Below, in pieces: positions 13,466 through 26,500 of a stretch of 64,000 nt of DNA. Numbering within the stretch: position 1 is the first letter of the stretch; each line of letters opens with the position of its first letter. The notes beneath the pieces were generated by a model, which saw only the letters and a list, made by a program, of their open reading frames with translations, was not told where the DNA came from and searched no databases. The position numbers and the translations under genes were made by a program. The stretch comes from Octopus vulgaris. Lineage: Eukaryota. The stretch is taken from NCBI GenBank assembly GCA_951406725.2, contig OX597824.1, forward strand, positions 93,496,001 to 93,560,000, read 5' to 3'.

Positions 13466-13956
13466 TCACACATACACATGCACAACACAAACATGCACAT
13501 ACACACACTCACATACTCAAGCAGAAATACAGTTGAATACACCTCATATACACGCAAACACACATACATACGTCCGCAAGCACACACACATACACACACA
13601 CACACACAACACAAACACACACATACACATCCATACACACGAACGCGAATACACTTATACATACCTCACATACGCGCAAACACACAAATTTATGTCCGTG
13701 CGCGCATACACACATACACACGTAAACACACACAACACTACACACACACAACACAAACATATATACACACACACAGACACACTTACACACGTACACGCAA
13801 ACACACAAACTTACGTACGCGCACACACCCAGACACCCACACAACACAGACACCCACACGCCCACACAACACAAACACACACACACACATAGACACAAAC
13901 ACACACAACACAAACACACACACACACAAGACAGACACCCACACGCCCACACAACA

Positions 13957-13994
<38 letters not shown>

Positions 13995-14180
13995 CACCAA
14001 CACACACAAACACACGCACATACGCACTTAAACACACCTCACATACGCGCAAACAGAAACTTACATCCGCGCGCACACACACACATCACACACAAAACAC
14101 AAAACACACAACACGCACAACACGCACACACACATTCAAACACTCATTCACAGTTACGCACACCTCATCACACACAGGCA
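13400..14180. repeat. Long imperfect (CA)-rich low-complexity tract
   Basis: Imperfect CA repeats with re-used blocks such as acacaaacttacgt and acacctcacatacgcgcaaac. Confidence 0.9.
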
Positions 14181-14351
14181 AACAAACAAACTTATCGTCT
14201 CATCAAAAACACTTACGATCTCACAAGCCTGGGTTCATTTCCGTCCATAACCTGGAGTAACTCTCAGAGTTTCTCATGCAATAAAGTCTAAACATCAAAT
14301 TCTAAACTGCGTAGTTTCAATTCCCAGAATATTTTCCATCAATGATTCACG

Positions 14352-14677
14352 GGTGTGGCTGTGTGGTAGGAGGCATGCTCACCAACCACATGGTTCGGGG
14401 TTCATTCCTACTGCGTGGCACCTTGGGCAAGTGTCTTCTACTATAGCCTCGGGCGACCAAAGCCTTGTGGGTGGATTTGGTAGACGGGAACTGATAGACG
14501 CCCATTTTTTTCCCTCTGTCTTCCCTTCTCTGGATTTCCTATGTTTCTGACGAAGAGCTCCGCTCGAAACGTTAAACCCTCCTTCTTTCCTTCTTTCCTT
14601 AGCGTCCAATAATACTATATTTGTTCCACGTCCTCACATTGTTGTGCTTTTTTGAGCTTTCTTGTTTGGATTAGCTT

Positions 14678-14742
<65 letters not shown>

Positions 14743-14961
14743 TTGTGTGTCTTTCTTTGTCCCCCCCCCCAACATCGCATGACAACCGATGTTATTTACG
14801 TTCCCGTAACTTAGCGGTTCAACAATAGAGACCGATAGAATAAGTACTAGGCTTCCAAAGAATAAGTCCTGGGTTCAGTTTGCTCGACTAAAGGCGGTGC
14901 TCCAGCATGGCCACAGTCAAATAACTGAGACAAGTAAAAGAGTAAAGAGAGAGTAAAGAGT
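14352..14961 (+). mobile_element. tRNA-derived SINE family B, interrupted by a hammerhead-bearing insert
   Basis: Head gtggctgtgtggt...ggttc, CORE-like ggcaccttgggcaagt, internal TA/TG tract, tail gactaaaggcggtgctccagcatggcc...gtaaaagagt. Homologous to many copies in the window. Confidence 0.9.
14543..14577 (+). ncRNA. Minimal type I hammerhead ribozyme motif within a ~180-bp Penelope-like insert (14504-14680)
   Basis: GTTT-CTGACGA-A-GAGC-TCC-GCTC-GAAACG-T-T-AAAC: intact CUGANGA/GAAA core, stems I and II, palindromic ACGT stem III and a GUU cleavage triplet. Confidence 0.7.
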
Positions 14962-14975
14962 ATCTGTTTTTCTCT

Positions 14976-15177
14976 ACTCTTTTACTTGTTTCAGTCATTT
15001 GATTGCGGCCATGCTGGAGCACCGCCTTTAGTCGAGCAACTCGACCCCGGGACTTATTCTTTGTAAGCCCATTACTTATTCTATCGGTCTCTTTTGTTGA
15101 ACCGCTAAGTTACGGTGACGTGAACACACCAGCATCGGTTGTCAAGCAATGCTAGAGGGACAAACACAGACACACAA

Positions 15178-15230
<53 letters not shown>

Positions 15231-15387
15231 TACGATGGGCTTCTTTCAGTTTCCATCTACCAAATCCACTCACAAGGCTTTGGTCGACCCAGGGCTATAG
15301 CAGAAGACACTTGCCCAAGATGCCACGCAGTGGGACTGAACCCGGAACCATGTGGTTGGTAAGCAAGGTACTTACCACACAGCCGCC
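14976..15387 (-). mobile_element. tRNA-derived SINE family B, full length
   Basis: Reverse complement of the family B sequence from tail (actcttttacttgtttcagtca) to head (accacacagcc). Confidence 0.92.
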
Positions 15388-15916
15388 TGTTTTTTTCTTT
15401 GTTGTTTTTTCGTTACCTTTTTGAAATTGTAAAGTAACTCTTAAAACATTATGTAAAATATGAAAGTATATTGATTGCAACATTTTAGTAATATTACTAG
15501 TAGTTGCTGTGGCTGTTCTTGTTGTTCGGGTTGCTGTTAATAGTAAATCGCTCAAGGCCACACAGCTCTGCTACTCTGTAATGCAAATCTTCATAAATAT
15601 GTTTCGATGTACAAAACGAAAAAAATAAAAAACAACAAAAAGACACATATCAACACGAAGGTGCTTTCATTCATGCGTTCAGATTTGAAGCTTCATTGAT
15701 CGTAAGTTCAAGTTTGTTACACGTATGTCACCTTGAGTTAGAACGGGCGCGTATGATGTATCTATCGATCTAGCTATCAATCCATGTATCTATCTATATG
15801 TGTATATATATATATGTGCGAGTGTGTGCATGTATGTACGTATATATACATATAGGTACACACATTCACTTTCTCTCTCACAAACAGGCACAAGCGTGCA
15901 GACACAAACACACAGA

Positions 15917-15956
<40 letters not shown>

Positions 15957-15959
<3 letters not shown>

Positions 15960-16019
15960 CAGATGGTGATATTGAGTTAGTCATGATCTAAGCCGATAAT
16001 GAGCGAAGCCAATCTAAGT

Positions 16020-16020
<1 letters not shown>
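15957..16020 (+). mobile_element. 3'-terminal fragment of a LINE related to the element at 393-1470
   Basis: cagatggtgatattgagttagtcatg...cgaagccaatctaagtt aligns with caggcggtgctattaagttagacatg...cgaaacatatctaagtt. Flanked by (TA)n on both sides. Confidence 0.55.
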
Positions 16021-16094
<74 letters not shown>

Positions 16095-16591
16095 TTAACA
16101 ACTTTGAAATGAAGAATTCAAAGCCGCGAATCAATTATTTATTTACGTAAGAATTCTGAGAGTGTTTCTGTCTGACGATGGCACGAAAAACAGAAGTTAT
16201 AATATGAATAGTTAGTGAATATGAAGAGATAAAGATTTTATGCTTGGAAACATATAGTGAAGTGCTCTTTTTCAAACAAAAAAAAAAAAGGTAAGAAACA
16301 TAAGGAAGGAAATGTAATTCTAAAAAAAGGAACTGTTTCAGTCAATAATAGGTGATATTTAAAATTAAGGCAGCCAGTTGACATAATCGTTACAACGCTG
16401 AAGAGATGATTCCTTTGGTTTATCCCGAACCGTTTTTTTTCCGCTCATTATTCAATCCTAGTCTTCGTAGACCTTCCTATCATGATTTTATTATGCATTG
16501 TTGTTGCTTCCCTTTCTTTCTCTCTCCCACCCTCTCTCTCTCTCTGTCTGTTTCTCTCTCTCTCCCCCTCTCTCTCTATTTATATATCTGT

Positions 16592-16959
16592 GAAGGCACA
16601 TGGCTCAGTGGTTAGAGTGTCGAGCTTACGATCGTGAGCTTGTGAGTTCGAATCCCGGACAGGACTGCATGTTGTGTTCTTGAGCAAGACACTTTATTTC
16701 ACGTTGCTCCAGTTTCACACAGCTGTAAAAATGAGTTGCGACGTCACAGGTGCCAAGTTGTAGCGGCCCTTTCGCCTTTCCATTGGATATATATATATAT
16801 ATATATATATATCATTAACTGGTGGCGTCGAGAGGGAACGCCGGTATCCTTGGGCGGCTGCTGCTCTTCCATATACAACATTGCCCGGACTTGTGCCAGT
16901 GAGGGTAACTATCTAGGTGCAATCCCGTGGTCAGTAAAGACCGAAGGTGGGGTCTCAGT

Positions 16960-16960
<1 letters not shown>
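16592..16960 (+). mobile_element. tRNA-derived SINE family E
   Basis: A box TGGCTCAGTGG, B box GTTCGAATCC, then CORE-like tgtgttcttgagcaagacact. Related heads at ~26995, ~48030 and ~48815-48960 (-). Confidence 0.85.
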
Positions 16961-17011
<51 letters not shown>

Positions 17012-17014
17012 ACT

Positions 17015-17195
17015 GAGACCCCAAACAAGAAAGCACGAAAAAACACAACAACGCGAGGACGTGGAAGAAATATAGTATTATTGGACGCTCGGGAAAGAAG
17101 GAAAGAAGGAGGGTCTACCGTTTCGAGCGGAGCTCTTCGTCGGAAACATAGGAGAAGGAAAGATCCAGAGAAGGGAAGACAGAGGGGAAAAAAAT
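17015..17195 (-). mobile_element. Second copy of the hammerhead-bearing ~180-bp element, core mutated
   Basis: Reverse complement closely matches 14504-14675. The core reads CCGACGA...GAAACGGT. Flanked by (TA)n. Confidence 0.8.
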
Positions 17196-17489
17196 TATAT
17201 ATATATATATCTGTTTCTGTCTATGTACTTCTGTCTAATCTACTACTGGAAGAAATCAACTGTGATGAGAGCTGTTGTAAAATGGATTGTGCTTGGTCTA
17301 AGTTGTCCTAGCTATACCTTACGTCATGATGGAACACCTACGAATCTATAAAGTAATGAAGGCGCCGTTACATGGATTATCTGTAATTAAAATGTAAGAC
17401 GAGTGTCGGAGGAATATTGCTTCTCAAACATATTTGTTCCGAGTGCAGTACGACTGCGTGGCATCTTGGGCAATTATCAGAACCTAACA

Positions 17490-17625
17490 TAGATAATTTA
17501 TTGACCCCGAAAGGATGAAAGGCAAAGTCGACCTCGGTGGAATGTGAACTCAGAACGTAAAGGCAGACGAAATACGGCTACGCATGTCGCCCGGCGTGCC
17601 AACGTTTCTGCCAGCTCGCCACCTC
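17490..17625 (-). mobile_element. SINE family A, 5' part
   Basis: Reverse complement of gcgagctggcagaaacgtt...gaggtcgactttgcctttcatcctttcgggg. Confidence 0.88.
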
Positions 17626-18096
17626 AGTGACGGATATGATATTAGGAGAATGAGTCTCGATATTATTAGAGCATAATTAATATTAATTGTGATAATAATA
17701 GTAATAGCGACTTTAATGATAATGAACTACCGAAATCATTTCGAGAATGTCTCTTCAAATGTATAATTGTGTAAACATTAGAAAGTGATGTATAATGACT
17801 TAATTAGCCTCTTGTAAAAAAATTTTTTATAATTGGAAAGGAATAAATGTGGAGCATAAAAAAAATGTACTACAATAATTTAGAGAAGCTCATCATTAAA
17901 TATAAAACAAAAATGTTAGGTTAAAATAAAGGGCAGCAAATCATATATTTTTTATGAGGATGTGATTAATGTTTAATATTCAATAGACATAGAAGATCGC
18001 AGAATCGTTAGCATGCCTGGGAGAATGCTGATCGGCATTTCGTCCGACATTCACACTCCCCCGAAATTGCTGAAACGAATATTTCATAGTCATTAA

Positions 18097-18960
18097 AGCG
18101 GTAAGCTGGCAGAAACGTTAGCACGCCGGGCAAAATGCTTAGCGGTATTACGTCTGCCGCTACGTTCTGAGTTCCAATTCCGCCGAGGTCGACTTTGCTT
18201 TTCATCCTTTCGTGATCGATTCAAATAAGTACCAGTTATGGACTGGGGTCGATGTAATCGACTTAATCCGTTTGTCTGTCCTTGTTTGTCCCCTCTGTGT
18301 GTAGCCTCTTGTGGACAGTAAAGAACTAATGAATGTTAGCACGCCTGACAAATCCTCAGAATTTCCGTCCTGAATTTAAATACCACCGAGGTCGACGTTG
18401 CCTTTCATCCTGTTGAGATCGATAAAATATATACCATTTAAAAACTATGGCAGATTTAATCGACTTAGCTCTTCCTCAAACCTGCTAATCTTGTGCTAAA
18501 ATTTAAGACCATTGATATTAATTTGGTACAGAATGGGTTGGTGATTATATCGACCAAAAAGGCGGCGAGCTAGCAGAATAGTTAGCACCGCGGACGAAAT
18601 GCTTAGCGGTATTTCGTCTGCCGCTACGTTCTGAGTTCCAATTCTGCCGAGGTCGACTTTGCCTTTCATCTTTTCGTGATCGATTAAACAAGTACCAGTT
18701 ACGCACTGGCGTCGATATAATCAACTTAATCCGTTTGTCTGTCCTTGTTTGTCCCCTCTGTGTTTAGCCCCTTATGGATAGTAAAGAAATAGGTAAGCTG
18801 GCAGAAATGTTAGCACGCCTGACAAAATGATTAACGACATTTCGTCCGAATTTGTACCCTGAATTTAAATACCACCGAGATCAACCTTGCCTTTCATCTT
18901 GTTGAGGTCGATAAAATATGTACCATTTCAACACTAGGGTAGATTTAATCGATTAACCGG
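18097..18960 (+). mobile_element. Tandem cluster of SINE family A copies
   Basis: Four repeats of gttagcac...ccgaggtcgac...ctttcatc...aagtacca. Confidence 0.9.
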
Positions 18961-19697
18961 GGGCAAATCCTGCTGTATTCTTTCACCACCACTTTCTCTC
19001 ACTCTTTTTCTACCTGTTTCTTTTGTACCTATACTTCAAAATGTCCAGCAGATTTGTCACACTCTGTGTCACGCTGAATATCTCCCAGCCCCACCACGAG
19101 AACTACGTTATGAGTACACGTGTGACTGTGGAGTTCTCAGCCACTTTGCACGTAAACTTCACGAGCAGGCTTTTTCCGTTGATCGCATCAACCGGAAACC
19201 ACGTCGTCGCAACCGACAGAGAGCCCCGACTGTCACTACTACATCTTCTATTACTGACTCTAACAAGCAATCATAAGTGGCTGGAGAACTTTAAGAAAGT
19301 AAAAATAGCTAAGAAGGAAATGTATAGGGAGGAGGGGAAAGAAGAGATAATTAGGAATTATTTCTGTCGTGCAGGTTTTCAGTGATTCCGTTGCAGTTAT
19401 TTATGGTCGTGGTGGTATTTGCGGTGTTTATAGTCGTGTTAACAGTGCGTTACCACCAGTGTTTATAGTAAGTTTTATTGTAGGACTATCATAGTAATTT
19501 ATGTTCTCACTCTTTGCCCTCGTACAACCAGTTAATCTGTTTCACTGTTATCAAAATCTCTTGCCTTACAATCATCTCTCTATCGCATCTATTGATATAT
19601 GTCTTAATATAGACATTCCAGTCATTTATCTTTTATATCATGTATCAATCTGATTATCATGCGTGCGTGCACGTGTGTGTGTATACATATATATTAA

Positions 19698-19765
<68 letters not shown>

Positions 19766-19796
19766 TATATTAATATATATATGAATATATATATAT

Positions 19797-19827
<31 letters not shown>

Positions 19828-20078
19828 CATATGCGTACAAATATGTATGCGTAAATTTTGCGTATAATAATATTATACTATATGTATACATACATATGTA
19901 GCTTTATATATATACAAACAAGGATGTATCCGTATATATATGCATATACATAAACATATAAACTTTCATACATCAATCTGTCTATCTGCGTATATGTATT
20001 ATGTGTCTGTATATGTGTGTATGTGTGTACGCGCGTGTGAGACCCAGTGTCTGTCTGTGTGTTTGTATTTATATACAA

Positions 20079-20110
<32 letters not shown>

Positions 20111-20167
20111 ACGTGTGTCTATATATATATATGTATACATATATATATATATATTTACATACACCTA

Positions 20168-20223
<56 letters not shown>

Positions 20224-20508
20224 TATATATATGTGTGTGTGAATGTGTATATTCCTACATATATATGTTCATACTGACGCGTACAAGCATACAGTTATAT
20301 ACACACACTCAGAGACACATTCGCATAAAAATATAAGTAATTCATACGCCATCCATTTCTTTTCTGTCTCCATATATATTTGTTATCTGTTTGTATATCT
20401 TTCAGCATCAATTTTTATTTTTGCTTTGGTCATAAAAGTGTCTTTTCTACTCTCACTTTCTCTTTTTCTCTCTGTTACACAGAACTCTACAACCACATCT
20501 AATCATAT

Positions 20509-20658
<150 letters not shown>

Positions 20659-20688
20659 CATATGTACATGTATAAGTCTGTCTGTGTC

Positions 20689-20725
<37 letters not shown>

Positions 20726-21139
20726 AATGTTGTCTGTTAAGAATACTGAGTTTAGCTGTAATCAATAAAAAGAAAAATACCGTTCGCAAAAACATCGAAT
20801 ATGTTTTGAATAATGATTTAAAAGAATATGTTTGTGTTATGTTAAAGAAAATTACATTGGTCTGTGATAATTCTAGAATTTAAATAATTTATAATGAAGT
20901 GGGTGAGAAAAAAAAACGAGGAATAAAAAAAAAAAATGTCGTTGACCGTTTAGAAATAGTTTTTGAGTAGGAACATATTAAGAAAGAAGCATAATTTAAG
21001 TGGAATAATTTAAAGCATATTTTCCGTTTTAATTCCCGAGCATTCTTCAGAGACCAGCATTAATAATTGTTAGTGTTTCGGGTATATAGTCAATAATTGT
21101 GAGGTGAAGAGCAAGTAGATTCTAGTAAAGCGTGTATTT

Positions 21140-21820
21140 GGATAGTATTTTATTTAAAGACCTCGAAAGGACGGAAGAATGTTAAAGTTGACCTCGGCGG
21201 GATTTGATCTCGGAAAGTAGAGAGCCGAAAGAAATTCTGCGGGACGTTTTGACCAATGCTCTGATTCAGCTTCACCGACAGAATATAGTGATTTAGTTAG
21301 GAGTTCGGAACTGTTAAGACGGGTGAGTGTTGCTGGTCAGTCGATTAAATTGATCACATTTATAGATTGATAGTATATATTATCGATCTCAGATGATGAA
21401 AAACCTAAGTTGATTTCCACGGGATTCGAAAACACAAATCAAGGAGCTGAGTGGAATACACACGGCATTTTCCCGAAGCTCTAGCAATTTCGCCAACTCA
21501 ACGCTCTGGGAAGAACCGGTTTTACTAATTTTCGCAAAAGGCCTGTCATTTTAAGGAAATTGCTAATTTAATGGAACCCAGTGCTAAATACGTACTTATT
21601 TGATCTCCCTTCGATATGATGAAAGACTGGATTTGACTTGGGCCGAATTTGAACCCAGAACCTGAAGGAGAGAAAGATACACCGTTTATCGTTTTGTCCG
21701 GCATGCTAACGATTCTGCCACCTCTCTGCCTTAGCTGGGTTAAATAATCTTTTCTACTCTTGGTGCAAGTCCTGAAGTTTTGTATTACGGAGGTTAATCG
21801 ATTACATCGACCCCAATTAC
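21140..21820 (-). mobile_element. Old degenerate SINE family A copies
   Basis: Diverged matches such as aaagttgacctcggcgggatttga and gaatttgaacccagaac...gctaacgattctgcca. Confidence 0.6.
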
Positions 21821-22206
21821 GTTTTTAGTCATACCACGGCCCTTAATTGGGAACCTTGTTGTTCACCTTGTCACGCTGTTGAAAAGACCCAAAACATTTA
21901 CATGTTATTGACCTATAAAAGCAGGATCGCATTTGTGATTTCATACTTACGAATAGTCGATGAAATGCTCACTAATGAAGTGATTAAGTACAACTAATTA
22001 ACACTTATCTATTGTAATATGGTTGTTGTATTAAATCACGAGCAGCCTTCGATATTTTTCGATCCAAAAGGGTTTTTTGACCCAACTATTTACAAGATAT
22101 TAATTATAGTTTTGCCTTTTTTATTTCAAGACCTAATTCTAAACCAGCAAAAAAGGATTATTCCATGCTTTCTGGAAAGTTTATAAATTCTCATGACGTC
22201 AACACC

Positions 22207-22276
<70 letters not shown>

Positions 22277-22746
22277 AGTGTGTGAGAGTGCATATATATA
22301 TATACATAGACACACAGACATACACACACACATATATATATATGTATGTACGTATGTAAATACATTTAGATGTATAGTTGAGTATGTATGTGTGCTTGTA
22401 GGCCTAGCACACGGCGCATAGCTCGAAGGCATCTAATCACGCTGTTAAGTAGAGGTTAAATCTGGCATAAATATGGTGTTTAATAATAATGAAGAGGGAA
22501 AACGCAAAGAGGAAAAAAGTCGGTAACCACGTAATTAACTAACAGTCTGTATGTATGGTCGATAAAACCACTTATTGTAACACAAGCATTCGTGAGCGTG
22601 TGTCTTGGCCTGCGTATTCATGTTATTGCTCCGTGTGTGCTCATATGTACCTGTACGTGGATATATAAGATTATATTGTATGCATAATTGTACATATAAA
22701 TACATACATACGCACACAGATATGTATATATATTTATACATACATG

Positions 22747-22786
<40 letters not shown>

Positions 22787-22796
22787 ACATTAATAA

Positions 22797-23105
22797 ATAT
22801 CAGGGTAGGAAAAATCTCAGAAATTTTTACTACCAGTGGTCGAGCATGTGGAAAACTAGTCATTAGACTATATATTATTCATATAGATACAAAATACAGT
22901 GTACATTTAAACACATAAAAGATGGCTACAATAGGACATTTAGCACGCTAGAAGGAGTAGTCAAAATCCAAACCACTATTAGATATCATTTCAAAGGGAA
23001 TATTATCCCTTATAGTGATTTGGATTTTAACTTCTCCTTCTAGTGTGCTACATGTCTTATTATGGCCATATCGTATGCAGCTGCGTAAATTATTACTTCC
23101 CTGAT
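22797..23105. mobile_element. Decayed inverted-repeat (fold-back) element, probably Penelope-like
   Basis: 58-bp inverted arms at 22922-22979 and 23012-23069 (8 mismatches by eye) around a 32-nt spacer. The spacer holds a stem-loop followed by GAAA on the minus strand. Starts next to (TA)n. Confidence 0.6.
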
Positions 23106-23541
23106 CGATCCTACTATCCGTAACTTGGCCTTCTTTTTCCTACCTAGGAACGTTGGCCGTACACAAACCCATTTTGGGGACCTGGTGTTCAGTATTAGTC
23201 TCTCCACTCCGTTCTTTGAATTCTCCGCCTTGAGAGCTTTTACCATGTTCTAGGGGTTTGCTGGCATAGGGCCCAGGTTCAGTGCAGTGTATAAACCACA
23301 ACAGCCCGACAGGGACTGAACCTTGTACTAGAGGCACAGGGTCAGCATGTCCACCAATAACAGCATACATAAAGCGAAAGTGGGACAAAACAACGAAGAT
23401 AGTCCTTAGTAGCTATATCTGATAAAAATTTGTAGCCAAATAGTAATAGTCGAACAAGAGAGACAGAGAGACAAACAGATACTGAGACAGAGACAGAGAG
23501 AAAGAGACCAAGACACACACAGACAAATTAGCACATGGGCG

Positions 23542-23575
<34 letters not shown>

Positions 23576-23784
23576 AAATCAGGCAGCCAAAGACTGATAG
23601 TAAGAGACTGAGGGATATACCATTTTACTTAGATTTACTGCTGTGCTTCTCCTCCATTTTTTACTTATTGACCCCTTTGACAAGGAGTCAGACAGACCCC
23701 GTCTGAGAACCAGTAATGTAATGTGTCTCTAAGGAGCAGGACTTGTTCATACCAATAGGTATTTGACCAGAAGTTAGGTGAATA

Positions 23785-24185
23785 TTCTTTTCTACTCAAA
23801 GCACAAGGTCCAAAATTTGGAGGGACGGGGCCAGTCGATAACATCGACCACAGTACGCAACTAATACTTAATTTATCGACCACGAAAGGATGAAAAGCAA
23901 CGTCGACATCGGCGGAATTTGAACTCAGAATGTAAAGACAGACGAAATACCAATTTCTTTATTGCCCACAATGGGCTACGCATAGAGGGGACAAACAAGT
24001 ACAGACAAACGGATTAAGTCGATTATATCGACTCCAGTGCGTAACTGGTACTTAATTTATCGACCACGAACGGATGAAAGGTAAAGTCGACCTAGGCAGA
24101 ATTTGAACTCTGAACGCAGCGACGGAGTGAGTACCACAAATCATTTCGCCCGGTGTGTTAACATTTCTGCCAGCTCGCCGCCTTT
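23785..24185 (-). mobile_element. SINE family A dimer
   Basis: Two head-to-tail units in reverse orientation, ending at ccagctcgccgcc. Confidence 0.9.
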
Positions 24186-24475
24186 ATCTTAGCTGAATAT
24201 TGCTGACAAAGAGTTAAGTACTTCCTTTAGGCAGAGATCAATTGAGATAAACATTAAATATTTCTGCATATATTTTGTAACGTGTCAATTTTCTCGACAG
24301 TTTAAATTATGCTGTATATGCATCGCATAGAATTATGTCTGTATTTTGAATATTGTTATATTTAAACTGAGTGAGTTGTCTGTGAGGAGACTATTGCTCA
24401 GCTGGAAACTTGCAGGAAATAATTATACTCAATTCGTATGCATTGTAAATGCTATACACTGCGAAACAAATACAA

Positions 24476-24524
<49 letters not shown>

Positions 24525-24816
24525 TACATACATATACGTACATAGATATATATGTGTGTGTACATGTATATATATATATGTTTCTCTGTATGTATATAAT
24601 ACACATAATTGTAAATAATATAAATAATACATATGAGTATATAAGGTGTATGTATATATATGTATATAGATAGATACATACATATATACATACATATATA
24701 TATATATATATATACATACATATAGATAGATATATAGATATATATATACAAACATATATTTATATATATATATCCACACACACATATATGTATACATATA
24801 ACACATATACACATAT

Positions 24817-24860
<44 letters not shown>

Positions 24861-24906
24861 ATATATATACACTTATGCAAATATATATATTTCACACAAA
24901 CACACA

Positions 24907-24955
<49 letters not shown>

Positions 24956-25993
24956 GTGTGTATGTATGTATGTATGTATGTATGTATGTATGTATGTATG
25001 TATGAATGTATATACAAACGTACACAGATACATGAGTATGTGTTATTTATACCTAATTCCCCAAACAAGATATTCCGCGTACATTTAACAATCAACGCCT
25101 GTCATTTTCAGAGCAATACCACAAATTACGATGCGCATGTTTTTTTTTTTTTCACAATAGTCTTCATTACTAGAAATATTTTCACAATGAGGAAGGCTCT
25201 GACTAAAACATCACAAAGCAGAACAACAATGGCAACTGTACACAAATTGAATGTAACACAAACTTAGTCTTTCTCGTAAATTTAAAGGACAATACGAACA
25301 CCGCAAACAATACAAGTTCGCATGATGTGTCAAGGAAAACACTACATAGATATATTGAAAACATACGATAATAACAATGACTTTGATAATTGCTATTTTG
25401 CTTCTTATTGTTATCGTTAAGATGTAAGAATCTATTATTTTTCTTGGTGTTATTATTATAGGGAACTGCAACAACAAATATTGGGAGAAATCAGGTCAAT
25501 ATTCTTTAATCTTGCGTAAAGTATACAAAGAAATCTGAAGAATTTGTGTGGAGGAAAGACGGACTGACCATTCAAAGATTGGAAATAATGTCAATAAAAG
25601 ATTTCTTTTACGAAAGGAAAATTTAGATGAATAAGAAGCCTGTTAAAGAGCAGATTGATACACTATGTAACCATAGGGAGCACTAGCGTAATTTTAGGGA
25701 GCACTAGCGTAATTTTAGTCAGGCAAATATAAAAGAATTACAGGAGGGATTTGAGTTGGTAGTTTATAATACTAACAGGTAGAATGAATGCTAGAATTAT
25801 GGAGTTTCTATCCGCTTGCTCGACCTGCTGACTATTGCAATTAAGTATCAATTAAATCTTAGGCTGTTGTTTTTTAAAAAAAGAAAGACCATGTGGTAGA
25901 GTTTATTTATTGTTTCACAAAATACTGTGGTGGTAAAAGTAGGAGGTCGTTCGTCCAGAGAACTAATCTGGTCAACAAGACTGATATTCTGTC

Positions 25994-26500
25994 AGAATTA
26001 ATAGTACGCCGGGCGAAATGCTTAGCGGTATTTCGTCTGTCGTTACGTTCTGAGTTCAAATTCCGCCGAGGTCGACTTTGCCTTTCATCCATTCGGGGTC
26101 GATTAAATAAGTACCAGTTACGCACTGGGTCGATGTAATCGACTTAATACCTATGTCTGTCCTTGTTTGTCCGCTCTGTGTTTAGCCCCTTGTGGGTAAT
26201 AAAGAAATAGGTATTTCGTCTGTCGTTACGTTGTGCGTTCCAATTCCGCCGAAGTCGACTTTGCTTTTCATCCTTTCGGGGTCGATTAAATAAGTACCAG
26301 TTACGCACTGGAGTCGATATAATCGACTTAATAACTATGTCTGTCCTTGTTTGTCCTCTCTGTGTTTAGCCCCTTGTGGGTAATAAAGAAATAGGTATTT
26401 CGTCTGGCGTTACGTTGCGAGTTCAAATTTCGCCGAGGTCGACTTTGCCTTTCATCCTTTCGGAGTCGATTAAATAAGTACCAGTTACGCACTGGGGTCG
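25994..26500 (+). mobile_element. SINE family A trimer (~185-bp units) between 49-bp direct repeats
   Basis: Units are joined at aaagaaatag|gtatttcgtctg. Flanks 25945-25993 and 26496-26544 differ at 2 positions. Confidence 0.9.

Noticed and set aside
16166-16195. TTCTGT-CTGACGA-tggcac-GAAA-a-ACAGAA hammerhead-like string
   Set aside because: No stem II, no stem III and no NUH triplet.
16592-16670. tRNA-like sequences at SINE heads (also ~43870-43940, 47430, 63511)
   Set aside because: A/B boxes are present but there is no proper acceptor stem, and they run straight into repeated SINE bodies.
25674-25718. Short tandem duplications (also 4835-4868)
   Set aside because: Ordinary ~18-21 bp slippage duplications with no further structure.
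25994-26500. Regularly spaced repeats resembling a CRISPR array
   Set aside because: Whole ~185-bp units repeat with no unique spacers. The context is eukaryotic SINEs and there are no cas genes.
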